DNA from: Octopus vulgaris
Lineage: Eukaryota
Assembly: GCA_951406725.2 (NCBI GenBank)
Contig: OX597831.1
Location: 48,670,001-48,734,000 of the forward strand
DNA: 64,000 nt
Direction: 5' to 3'
Positions within the stretch are counted from its first letter, which is position 1. Every line of letters begins with the position of its first letter. The position numbers and the translations under genes were made by a program. The notes beneath the pieces were generated by a model. That model ran no database searches. It was not told the DNA's origin and saw nothing but the letters and a program-made list of their open reading frames with translations. Of this stretch, positions 27,028-39,075 are shown one piece after another.

Positions 27028-27663
27028 TGGAGGCGCAATGGCCCAGTGGTTAGGGCAGCGGACTCGCGGTCGTAGGATCACGGTTTCAATTCCCAGAGTG
27101 TTTATTGAGCGAAAATACCTAAAAAGCTACACGAGGCTCCAGCAGGTGGTGGTGATCCCTGCTGTACTCTTTCACGACACTTTCTCCCATTCTTTCTTCT
27201 GTTGGCCTGCTCGCTTAGCCAGCAGGGTGGCGTCATTCGAACGCTAAAACAATGCGAACGCATTGTGACCAGCGATGTGTAATAACATCTGATGGTCTGG
27301 TCGGTCACGGTGATCACGTGATATATACACATACATATATATATGTATGTATGTATGCGCAATGGCCCAGTGGTTAGGGCAGTGGACTCGCGGTCGTAGA
27401 ATCGCAGTTTCGATTCCCAGACTGGGCGTTGTGAGTGTTTATTGAGTGAAAACACCTAAAGCTCCACGAGGCTCCAGCAGGGGGTGGTGGCGATCCCTGC
27501 TGTACTCTTTCGCCACAACTTTCTCTCACTCTTTCTTCTATTGGCCTGCTCGCTTAGCCAGCGGGGTGGCGTCATTTAAAGGCTAAAACAATGCGAAACG
27601 CATTGTGACCAGCGATGTGTAGCAACATCTGATAGCCTGGTCGGTCATGGTGGTCACGGTGAT
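27028..27663 (+). mobile_element. Two tandem SINE family C copies
   Basis: 27028-27320 and 27357-27663; GCGCAATGGCCCAGTGGTTAGGGCAG head; CpG-rich. Confidence 0.9.
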
Positions 27664-27749
27664 GTGTATATGTATGTATGTATGTAAGTATGTATGTATT
27701 ATGTATGTATGTAAGTATGTATGTACATGTATATATTATATATATATAT

Positions 27750-27806
<57 letters not shown>

Positions 27807-28084
27807 CTATCTACTGTCATAGAAAAAGTGCAAGTGTAAAAATCCAGAATTATCGGAGTAATGGGCAATGTATGTATGTAAAGAAATGTATGAATGATGT
27901 CTTTAATATTTAAGATTCAAATTAAGGAAGTGCAATAATAATGTTTAGCAGTTAAAAACTATGAGTAGTGAAATGCAGAATTAGATCGCTAAAATCTGCA
28001 GGTGGTATGGGTTATTTCCCTTGGGTTATTTAAATAGAATATTTGTAATAACAAATAAACACAGATTTTCCACATATATAGTAG

Positions 28085-28226
28085 ATTAATATTTAGCAGA
28101 AGCAACAGAGTGTCCCAAGGACCAAGAGCTTGTTGCATTAGCACACACCAAAATTTTGAGTTTGATAAGAGCTAATTCACAAAACTCTTGGGCCTTGAGT
28201 CACTTTTGCTTCTGCTAAATATTAAT
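28085..28226. repeat. Fold-back hairpin, ~50-bp arms
   Basis: ATTAATATTTAGCAGAAGCAA / TTGCTTCTGCTAAATATTAAT. Confidence 0.85.
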
Positions 28227-28559
28227 AAAAATATACATATAGGCACAGGAGCGACTGTGTAGTAAGAAGCTTGATTACCAACCACATGTAAGGGAAGGAT
28301 GTGGGGATGTAATGGTGGGGTGGGGGTTGTAAGAGTGGGGTGTGGGGGTGTAAGGGTGGCGCGTGGAGATGCAAGAGTGGGGTGGGGTATGTGTTGGGAT
28401 GGTGGGGTTGGGATGTGTATGGATGAGGTGTGGATGGAGGGATAACAACAAAGGGAGAAGGTGGGTAAGGGTGAAGAGAGGAAGTACGTGTGAGATGAAG
28501 AGAGGAGAGAGGGAAGTCAGATGAAGAGGGGAGGGGAGTTGAGCCCATGTGACACAAAG

Positions 28560-29628
28560 GAGTGAAGAGAGAAGATTAATTCCCGTTCATGGTGAAGACA
28601 GGAGTCTAAATCACCCCTGTGCAAAGACAATCCAAACACAGCCAAGTGTTGTAATGAATGACCAGTAGAGCAGTAATAGCATGACACCAGGGTGCCATTG
28701 CCAAGTCTAATGTCTCAGAGGTGCTCCATGAACCGGTCGGCCAAGCAGTGTCCTGTTTGACTGATGTACAGAGAAGGACAGAAAGAGCAGGAGATGCAGT
28801 AAATGACATTGCCAGAAGTGCATGTAAAAGAGTCAGGGATATGACAAGGATGATAATGGGTGCCTGTGAAGATGGTGGTGTTGGAGAGGTAGGGGCAAGT
28901 GTGACAGCATGGGCAGAAGCAGTGGAACGAGCCAGGTTGAAAGGTGGGGTTAGAGAAGAAACTGTGGGCCAGAAGGTCACGTAGGTTGTGGGCCCATTTG
29001 AAAGAGTGGAAGGGTAGGTTTGGGAAGATGTGGGAAGTAGAGGGGTCAGACTGGAATTGCTATAAGGCTCGGAAAATGGTGCATTGGAGAGGTAGGATGG
29101 AGGGGTGGTAGATGAGGGGAAACGGGAGATATGGGTAACAGTGGTGTGGGTGGAGGGAGAGAGAGCAGAGACACAGTTCATGGAATGTGCTCTGGGAAGG
29201 GTGGTGTGGATGGTGGAGAGAGGATATCCACGAAGGATGAAGTGGTGAGTCATGAGTTGAGACTGAGTCTCAAAGTCATGGTTGTTACTGCAGAGCCTGT
29301 GCAGATGGAGGAATCAGGAGTAGGGGATGGAGAGCTTGTTGTGGGTAGGGTGGGAGAAGTTGAGGTATGAGTGTGAGTTGGTGTGTTTGTAGTGGATGGA
29401 GGTGGTGTGAGTGGAGTAGTATATGTTGACCGAAATGTTGAGAAAGGCGACAGAAGTGTTGGAAATGGTGCAGGAGAATTCAAAGGCAGGATGGAAAGAT
29501 TGGACAAAAGAGAGGAAAGAGTGTAGTTGTTTGTGGGAGAGCAAGATCACACCAATATAGTCATCAATATAACAACCGTATGGTTCGGGAATGGGACCAG
29601 TGAATCTTGAAAATATTTGGGCCTCATT
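28560..29628 (-). mobile_element. Penelope-like retroelement remnant (RT plus GIY-YIG; Neptune-like), frameshifted
   Basis: YIDD at 29560-29571; VAFLNI...TSIHYKHTNSHSYLNFSHP..KLSIPYS thumb; Cys linker HCFCPCCHTCPYL; NVIYCISC...LYISQTGHCLADRFMEH at 28721-28810. Confidence 0.9.
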
Positions 29629-29691
29629 GCTAATGATGATGATTTTGTATATGTATTATTTGATTAAAGCCGAAAATCATTTTGCAAACTC

Positions 29692-29727
29692 TGTTACTCT
29701 GAGTTTCACATCACTGATCATCAGACA
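29692..29727 (-). ncRNA. Minimal hammerhead-like motif upstream of the PLE ORF
   Basis: TGT-CTGATGA-tcagtgatgt-GAA-ACTC-a-GAGT-A-ACA; stem II poorly paired. Confidence 0.5.
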
Positions 29728-30444
29728 ATCATGAGATTTTCTTGGTTTCGCTAAAATAATAACATAATAGTTTGCTCTAGCTTTGGTATTTGAGTACTAT
29801 TAACTCCACCTTGTTTTGCACGTATATGCTCACATTTGTGTGTGCATGTGAGTGTGTGTGTATGTGTGGTGGTGGTTTTGATGATGATGATGATGACAGC
29901 AACAATGATGACAAAGATTAATGGCATTAAACGTATTAGTCTCAGAGGACCGCAAAGGTCAAGGACACTAACTCTTCCTCCGAACTTCAGCAAGTGCAAA
30001 GTACATAAAATAGATACTTACAGATGATAAGTGGAACATTACATAAAATGAAGTCAATATGTAAATTCAACTAAAATTGCTGTAATAATAATTCCTCATA
30101 CATTTTCAGAAATGATTTACATAAAAGATATTTGCATATAAGAGAAAACCTAATAATTTATTCGTATGATTCCAGTCATATTTATTAGAATTTCGATCAT
30201 ATAAGAAACTACTGTCAGTTAGAGTGATTTAATTAGACATGTATTGTAAATTCTTGCGGGAATTTTTACCAATTTTTGTTGAGTTCTATACATATAGATT
30301 AGTTTCCTGACAAATGTTTAATTATATATTTACAATGTAATCCATTAATTCATAGATAGGTTGTCACAAAACCAATATTTCAATTGAGAAATAAAGTCTT
30401 AGTTACTTGCATACATAGATATTCACATTACACATGCATAGATA

Positions 30445-30595
30445 TAGGCACAAAAGCTTGTTTTCCAACCATATGGTTCCAGGTTCAGTCCCACTACATA
30501 GCACCTTGGACAAGTATCTTCTAGTATAGCTTCAGAGTGGCTAAAACCTTGTGGGTGGATATGGTAGACAGAAATTGAAAGAAGCCTGTCATGTG

Positions 30596-30652
<57 letters not shown>

Positions 30653-30880
30653 TATGTGGGTGTGTCTTTGTATCTGTGTTTATCCCCATCACGACTTGAC
30701 AACCAATGTTGGTGTGTTTATGTCCCCATAACTCAGCAAAAAGAGACTGATAGTATAAGTACTAGGTTTTAAAAAATGTAAGTCCTAGGATCAGTTTGTT
30801 TGACTAAAAACCCTTCGAGGTGGAGCTCCAGCATGGTCAAAGTCAAATGACTGAGACAAGCTAAAGATAAAAAATAAAAG
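30445..30880 (+). mobile_element. SINE family A
   Basis: Homology to 5755-6190. Confidence 0.85.
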
Positions 30881-31327
30881 ACAGATACAGAGAGAGCAAG
30901 GTCAAAATCCCAGTGGAACCCAAGAAGTAACCTTACATGGTACATAGGAAGGTAACTCTAGCTGGCAACAAATCATTTACAGTGGGGTATACAACATCAA
31001 AAGGTTTCACATACCTGCATACACATACATAAAGTTATTCATTTGTTTGAATTATGCACACACTAACATAAACACATACACATACATACATTATATATAT
31101 ATATATATATATGTATGTACGTATGTATGTATATATATATCATCATCATCATCATTATCATCACTTAACATCCATTTTCCATTCTGGCATGGGTTGGACA
31201 GTTTGACTAAGGTTTGGAAATCCAATATATGCACACACACACACACACATATATATATACACATATACATATATATATACACATATATATGCATATATAT
31301 GCACACACACACACACATATATATATA

Positions 31328-31440
31328 GTTGAAATTTATAGAAAAACCAAAGGTGAAAACAAGTGTATGAATAACAAGCAAGTGTATTAATTTGATGCTC
31401 AGGAAAATGAAAAAGTCTTTTACGTTTCGGGCCTGCACTC
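31328..31440 (-). mobile_element. Truncated TA-associated hammerhead-like element
   Basis: Homology to 1240-1435; truncated within the ribozyme core next to the DD41D TIR. Confidence 0.6.
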
Positions 31441-31444
31441 TACA

Positions 31445-32128
31445 CAGGGTGGCCATAAAGTCACACACCATCCTGCAATATATAAAATTGCAAATTCTTC
31501 TTTTTTTTATCTCTTTTCACAACTGCTGATATTACTCACAAACCAATCCTCTTTGGATGGAGGCAGAGGCAAGGTAATGGTGTGGTGTGGGGTTTGGCAC
31601 AATCAAGTAATTGAACCATTTTATTTTGAGGACTCTGAGACAGGTGATTCATATCTGGACATGCTTGGCAACAAGATGATGCCTTACATGCATTCATTTG
31701 GAAGGGGCAATCCTGTCTGGCTTCAGAAGGATGGGGTGCCACCCCATTATGCATTATAAGTTTGCAATTTTCTGAACAAAAATTTTCCAGAGAGATGGCT
31801 TGGGTGTCGTGTGTCAATTGAATGGGTACCATGGTCACCAGATTGAATTCCCGTGGACTTTTTCTTCTGGGGCTACATTAAATCCCTTGTGTATTCTGAA
31901 AAGTTTCGTGACCGAGGACATCTTCTTCAAAGAATTGTTGAAGTGTGTGAACAAGCCAACAGCAATGAAGAGCAATTTGAGAGGGTTCATCACAATTTCA
32001 AATTCCATATGAAGACTTGTTTAGAGTTACATGGCCAACACTTTAAACATATGTAATGGTTTAATTACTTCATTGCTAATAAAGCATATTTTATATCTCC
32101 CATGGTGTGTGACTTTGTGGCCACCTTG
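31445..32128 (+). mobile_element. Internally deleted Tc1/mariner element, DD41D type
   Basis: 27-bp TIRs CAGGGTGGCCATAAAGTCACACACCAT; VMVWCG...QKDG-PPH...WSPD*IPVDFFFWGYIK with 41 codons between second and third Asp; internal stops. Confidence 0.9.
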
Positions 32129-32183
32129 TATATATATATATATATTCATTGCTGTTTGCTTGCACACACTTCAACAGTCGCCA

Positions 32184-32239
<56 letters not shown>

Positions 32240-32240
32240 C

Positions 32241-32432
32241 TGTGCAGGTGGCACGTAAAAAGCACCCACTACACTCATGGAGTGGTTGGCGTTAGGAAGG
32301 GCATCCAGCCGTAGAAACATTGCCAGATCAGACTGGGCCTGGTGCAGCCTTCTGGCTTCCTAGACCCCAGTTGCACCGTCCAACCCATGCCAGTATGGAA
32401 AGCGGACGCTAAACGATGATGATGATGATGAT
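32241..32432 (+). mobile_element. RTE 3' UTR-type fragment with (GAT)n tail
   Basis: Homology to 24495-24690. Confidence 0.8.
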
Positions 32433-32818
32433 AATAATTATTTGAGGGAATATTAATCCTAACTTACAAGGAAAAATTCAATTTAGAAATACTAAATCAA
32501 ATTTCACACAATATAATATATATATATATATAAATTAGAAATTCAAAATGAACAATTAAATTACATCATCTAGAAAATTACATATAATAGAAATATTAAA
32601 ATTAAAATGACAATAATATACAGATGATTAAGTAAATTGCAAAAAAGTGATAAAACGTTATTCTACCAAATATATACGTTTTATTATTCTTTTTGAAATT
32701 TACTGAATCATCAGTATATTATTGTTTTTTTTAATTTTAATATTTCTATTATATGTAATTTTCTAAATGGTGTAATTTAATTGTTCATTTTGAATTGATA
32801 AAAGGTGGTTTTTTTCTA

Positions 32819-32871
<53 letters not shown>

Positions 32872-32951
32872 TGTGTGAAATTTGATTTAGTATTTCTAAA
32901 TTGAATTTTTCTCTGTAAGTTAGGATTAATATTCCTTCAAATAATTATTAT
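32431..32951. repeat. Nested fold-back structure
   Basis: Outer arms 32431-32518 / 32863-32951; inner arms ~32532-32658 / 32675-32823. Confidence 0.9.
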
Positions 32952-32994
32952 CTATACATATATATATATATATATAAATATAAAACAGTCGCCA

Positions 32995-33030
<36 letters not shown>

Positions 33031-33096
33031 CATGGCAACTGTTGAAGTGTGTGAACAAGCAAACAGCAATGAATATATATATATATATATATATAT

Positions 33097-33488
33097 AGTA
33101 GAAATATGTTATAAAAAGAAAATATAAAATACATGTGGAAATGTAAGGGTAAAATATGAAAAATCAACGAAAATGCACATTGTAAATAAAAAAAAAGGCT
33201 TTTTATGACAGGTAACGACAAATACATACATTTAGATGTACTGAGGTAGTAATAAAAGTCATAAAAGTCACTATTATGAGATGATTATAAAGTCAGAAAA
33301 CAAAGCATACCATGGTTTCCGCAAAGCTATTCATTGCTTCGTATACACCGGCTAATACACGGTGTCAGGTCTAATAGTTCCTGAGAAAAAGAATTTTTTT
33401 CTCTAAATGTATGTATTTGTCATTACCTTTCATAAAAAGCCTTTTTTTATTTACAATGTGCATTTTCGTTGATTTTTCATATTTTACC

Positions 33489-33490
<2 letters not shown>
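33097..33490 (-). mobile_element. TA-inserted element with partial fold-back; second copy at 59795-60053
   Basis: 33147-33236 inverted at 33402-33490; same terminus as the 59795 copy. Confidence 0.8.
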
Positions 33491-33532
<42 letters not shown>

Positions 33533-33577
33533 TATATGTGTAGCAACATCTGATAGCCTGGTCGGTCACGTGATCAT

Positions 33578-33633
<56 letters not shown>

Positions 33634-33971
33634 TAAGAAAGTTTGTTTGGTAAAGCACGTGGGTGAATATATAAGAAAATAGTAGAGAGTGAAAAAACGA
33701 CAGAAGGCTTAAATGTTAAAAAATATATATATTTGTGTCAAAATGTCTGGATAATATTGGAAAAATTTTTTTCCTTTCCTTAAAATGACATAATTTTATA
33801 AAATTATGTTTTTTTCCTTTCCTTAAAATGACATAATTTTATAAAATTATGTCATTTTAAGGAAAGGAAAAAAATTTTTCCAATATTCTCCAGACATTTT
33901 GACACAAATATATATATTTTTTAACATTTAAGCCTTCTGTCGTTTTTTCACTCTCTACTATTTTCTTATAT
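33634..33971. repeat. Near-perfect palindrome with ~42-bp duplication at axis
   Basis: 33668-33840 vs 33841-33971. Confidence 0.9.
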
Positions 33972-34879
33972 ATATATATATATGATGGTCTTTTTTTCAG
34001 CTTCCATCTACCAAATATACTCACATGGTTTGGGTCTTGCTGTAGCTATAGTAGAAGACACTTGCCCAAACTTCCCGACAGGAGGACTGAACCTGGAACC
34101 ATGTGGTTGGGAAGCAAACTTCTTACCACACAGCCATGCTTGTGACTGTACAGGTGTTGTTATGTGTCAACTTAATGTTGACTTAAAGTATATGATAATC
34201 TCTTTATTCATTTTAGAGAGAGAGAAATGGGGGCATTAAGTTTCGTCTCATGTGAAATTCTAGTTTCAGAGTTCCAAAGGTGTTTTAAATGTAATACCAA
34301 ATCTTCAGCTGCGTGTAGCATATAATTCTATATTCGATCTCTCATACAACTCCAAAAATAATTGATAGCATTATAAATTGACAGAAAATAATGATTATAT
34401 CAATCATCTTTGAAGAATTTGGCTTACATAGATGTAAGGACCATACTTCTCAGTGTTTAGAAATTAGCAGTGGGTCAAGCAGTCAGCAGAGCCTTGGCTT
34501 TAGTGATATCCTTGAATTCTCTGAGGATTACAAGATGTGAAAAAGTATCCTTTTCTTGGGGGTTTTTTTTTCTATCTCAACCATCTGAAAATAATTTTTG
34601 GCAGTTCTTAGATAAAAAAAAAAAAAATGGACCAAAATTAAAATATATCTGATAATCTTTAGGGAAATGACACCTCAAACGAGTTGTAGAAAATATGCTC
34701 TGAATATAAATATATATGTTTTCATATTTAAGTGCATTTATATTTTTTCCTCCTTCTTTCATTTTTATTTCAAATGTGTTTGGCCAATTTTCAAAGCTAT
34801 CAAATTCCATACGTTTTTGTATGAACTTCTCCATAATTTTATTTTAATGCTGAAAGTGAGTAAAAGACTATAGCTTCCA

Positions 34880-35230
34880 AAATGAAATGGTATAAAAAAG
34901 TGAAGTCATTTACATTCTAGAAGCTGAACATTGAACAAGCTCCTTTGTCAATTTCTTAAAAAGCAGGAAAATGAAGTGGTTTGATCATGCAACATGGCAT
35001 AATGACACTCTCTACCTCAAGCAAATTATGGCCATGCATAGACAAACACCTTTTAAAAGAGATATTAATGAAGGCTACAATAGAGGTGATGGAACAGCAT
35101 CAAGGAATAGGCATATTAGTAAAAGATGTTGGAACACATGACATAAGCAGATGGGCTGTAGGAAAGACAGAGTGGAGTGTGGGGTTTGCATCTGTTAAAG
35201 TGCACCAAGATGTCCTTATGCAAAATATTT
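34880..35230 (+). mobile_element. Possible piggyBac C-terminal remnant
   Basis: MKWYKKV at 34882 and a decayed Cys-rich stretch at ~35120-35220. Confidence 0.25.
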
Positions 35231-35564
35231 TGATTGATTAATATTTACGTAGAAATTGACTGACTGCATAAGATATTTGTGTTATCTTCTGTTTCCTTAA
35301 TCTTATCTAACACCTACCAGTATTGCTATTCACCGTTCTGTAAGTACAGTGGTAAAAAAAAATATTAAAAAAATATGCTCTATGTGTCACTTTTGCCGCC
35401 TCCTCCTCCTCCTCCACCCCTTTCTTGTTGTCATCATAGTCGTCATCATCATCATCATCATTTTATGTCCATCTCCTTCCAGCAGGAATTGGTTGAATGG
35501 CTTGACAAGATCCAACTTATCTATGATCATGTCTCATTCCAATGTCTCAGTTTTGTCAAGTTTT

Positions 35565-36175
35565 CTATAAGCGAGTGCCTCTTCTAAATGCAAACCGCTT
35601 TACAGGGTGCTTAGGTAATAAAAGCTGTTTACTACTTCTGGGGAACATTTTGAGCAGTTGATAGAATTTATTTTCCATCTGCTCGTTGTGTCTAATTTGA
35701 GCTCTTACCACATTATGAAATTTACTTCTGCTGTTAACTTCCTCAATCCCACTACTCTCTTCTACATTCACTGTTTACTCTGGGCACATTGTATGGTGTT
35801 CTCACCAACTCCTTTTCTGCATAAGGGGTACAGCCATTTCCTGGATAGCAACAGAATTCTGTCTCCTTTTCAACTTTGTATGACTTTAGTATTGACTAAG
35901 TTTATTTTAAGGCCCTTCAATTCCAGGTTTTGCTTCCATGCCTGGAATTTCTTCTCCAAATCTTCCCCAGATTCTGCTGTATGAACAAGGTCATCAGTAT
36001 ACAGGAGTTTCCTTGGGAAAGCAGTTTTAAACTCATCTGCTATGGAGGGCTATAACAAACAGGAGATAGCTGAGTGTTGAGCCATTGTAGACTCCTACCT
36101 GTACACAAAATTCGTCTTCGTATTCCTTCTTACTCTTAGCTTACTAACTGCATCTCTGAATATACTTAAGCATAT
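35565..36175 (-). mobile_element. RTE LINE reverse-transcriptase fragment
   Basis: EFKTAFPRKLLYTDDLV (YTDD 35990-36001)...WKQNLELKGLKINLVNTKV...KWLYPLCRKGVGENTIQC. Confidence 0.85.
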
Positions 36176-36454
36176 TGATTATAAAAATGTAAAAATAGAT
36201 TTAAAAGTCAAAAATAAACTAAAGATTACAGTTATACTGTAAAACACTGTGCAATTTATATCTTTCTTTCACTGTGCAATATATATATTTTATTCCTGCT
36301 TTAAATAAGGAGTTTATATAATACACAGAATTAACTGGCAAAGGTTTTCCTCATCCACTTTTCTCAAAGAAAACAAGTATTAATATAACAAAGCTTAATT
36401 ATTTTTTTACATGATTTTTATTGTATATGAATATATTACTTATTGAATGAAATA

Positions 36455-36985
36455 TTGATTTCAAATGTTGACACAAGGCCAGCAATTTCTAAGGAGGGGA
36501 TAAGTTAATTACATTAACCCCAACACTCAACTGGCACTTACTTTATTCTTTTCTACCCTAGGCACAAGGCCTGAAATTTTGGGGTAGAGGGAGGGCTAGT
36601 CAATTAAATCGATCCCAGTATGCAACTAGTACTTAATTTATCGACCCCGAAAGGATTAAAGACAAGATCAACCTCGGCAGAATTTGAACTCAGAGCGTAA
36701 AGACACGAAATATCACTAAGCATTTCACCTGGCGTGCTAACATTTCTGCCAGCTCGCCATCTTTAAATATTCTTTTCTACTCTAGGTACAAGGCCCGAAA
36801 TTCGTGGGCAGGGGCCCAGTCGATTAGACCGACCCCAGTATGCAACTGGTACTCAATTTATCGACCCTGAAAGGATGAAAGGCAAGGTCAACCTCAGCGG
36901 AATTTGAACTCAGAGCATAAAGACATACAAAATGCCACTAAGTATTTTGTCCTGCATACTAACATTTCTGCCTGCTCACCACCTT
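36455..36985 (-). mobile_element. Tandem cluster of SINE B copies
   Basis: Partial 36455-36545; full 36545-36762 and 36768-36985. Confidence 0.85.
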
Positions 36986-37049
36986 ACTATACATCAATAT
37001 ATTATTTATCAAATGGAATATCAAAAAATAATACATTGGATAACAGTAG

Positions 37050-37455
37050 ATTACTCTTTACCCTTTTACTCTTTTACTCATTTCAGTCATTTTGACTGTG
37101 GCCATGCTGGAGCACCACCTTTAGTCAAGCAAATCGACCCCAGGACTTATTCTTTGTAAGCCTAGTACTTATTCTATCGGGATCTTTTGCCGAACCGCTA
37201 AGTTACGGGGACGTAAACACACCAGCATCGGTTGTCAAGCGATGTTGGGGGGACAAACACAGACACACAAACATATACACACACGCACACACACATATAT
37301 ATACACAACAGGCTTCTTTCAGTTTCCATCTACCAAATCCACTCACAAGGATTTGGTCGGCCCAAGGCTATAGTAGAAGACACTTGCTCAAGGTGCCACA
37401 TAGTGGGACTGAACCCAGAACCATGTGGTTGGTAAGCAAGCTATTTATCACACAG
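37050..37455 (-). mobile_element. SINE family A
   Basis: Homology to 5755-6190. Confidence 0.9.
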
Positions 37456-37736
37456 AATTTTGTGGTCTTTGTCCTGACTCTCTACACTTGGAGTTCAGAT
37501 CCTGCTGAGATCAATTTTGATTTTCTTCTTTTTTGCAGGCATTGATAAAATAGCCTCAATCCAGGGTGTTGGATAGGTAGAATGGTTAGAGTGTTGGGCA
37601 AGGTGCCTTTGAGTAGTTGTTTAGGTTCTCTGCATTTTGAGTGTAATTCCTGCAATGATACCGGTGCCAAGTAGACAGCTTCACTTTGGATAAACATCAG
37701 TGGCATTGAGAGGAAAGACTTCCATGCACGAGTAAC

Positions 37737-38071
37737 TACCAGTCTCCCTTTAAAAAATCTTACCAGTCTCCCTTTAAAAAATCTTACCAGTCTCCCTTTA
37801 AATAATCTTACCAGTCTCCCTTTAAAATAATCTTATCAGTCTCCCTTTAAATAATCTTACCAGTCTCCCTTTAAAAAATCTTACCAGTCTCCCTTTAAAA
37901 AATCTTACGTCTCCCTTTAAAAAATCTTACCAGTCTCCCTTTAAAAAATCTTATCAGTCTCCCTCAAAAAATCTTACGTCTCCCTTTAAAAAATCTTATC
38001 AGTCTCCCTTTAAAAAATCATACCAGTCTCCCTTTAAATAATCTTACCAGTCTTCCTCAAAAAATCTTACT
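37737..38071. repeat. 24-bp minisatellite, ~14 copies
   Basis: ACCAGTCTCCCTTTAAAAAATCTT units. Confidence 0.95.
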
Positions 38072-38179
38072 GTATAAAACGATGGTAGAAATGTGTCACC
38101 ATTGGTGGTGGCTATGTTGAGAAAGTTTTGACTATCTCAGTCCTTATGAAGTGAGTCAGGGGAGATCTTTAATGAATAC

Positions 38180-38830
38180 CCCTCATATTAATTCATACCA
38201 CTTCTGCAGGAATTAAGGCAAAACTAACAGGGAAAGTACATAAGTGTAGAGCAATCAGTACGTAGCAGTTTAAAGATGCTGAAATTGATGTAACAGGATT
38301 TAGAGCAAAAAACCAGTTTGAAAGGTAAAATAGTGTTGTCTTATTAATCCATTCCATTTCATAGATTTAAGTCAAAACTAACAGGGAAAGTACATATTGA
38401 ACCTTACTGTTATTTCAAGAGTAAGGACAAAACTAAATAGAAAGAATACAATAGTGCGGACACTGACCTATAGCTGTACAAAGATCTAGGACAAACCCAA
38501 CTAGAAAGATACAATAGTGTTAAGCTATTAATTGATACCAGTTTAAAGATATAGGACTTGATATAACAGGATTTATGGCAAAAAAACTAGTTTAAAGGAT
38601 ACAATAGTATTGACTTATTAATCCATGCCATTTCAAAGACTTAAGACAAATAAACAGGAAAGTTATGTATTAAACCTTACTGTTATTACAAGAATTAGGA
38701 CAAAATTAAATAGAAAGAATACAATAGTGTGGACATTGACCTATAGCAGTACAAAAATCTAGGACAAACCCTGCTAGAAAGATACAACAGTGTTGACCTA
38801 TTAATTTATACAATTTCAAAAGAGATAGAA
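38180..38830. repeat. Higher-order tandem repeat (~273-bp period)
   Basis: 38286-38550 vs 38559-38827; recurring GGACAAA...GAAAG-ATACAATAGTG subunit. Confidence 0.85.
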
Positions 38831-39040
38831 ACCTGCATTGCTGGGTTTAGGTTAAAGCCAAATATATAATAGTGCAGTTTTATCAATTCATTTTCATTCA
38901 GAGATAAAAAAAAAAAAAAATCAGTGTTGATTTCCCGTTGAAGTGTTCAATCCATGGCAGTATCGAAAGAGGAATGTTAAATGATGATGATGATGACGAC
39001 AACAATGAGAATGATGATGATGACAACGATGACAATGACA

Positions 39041-39075
<35 letters not shown>

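Noticed and set aside
27028-27100. tRNA gene
   Set aside because: tRNA-like head continues into a SINE body and is multi-copy
30016-30082. Minus-strand AG...GTAAGT mini exon
   Set aside because: Stops in all three frames; no supporting context
37737-38071. CRISPR array
   Set aside because: Contiguous tandem units with no spacers
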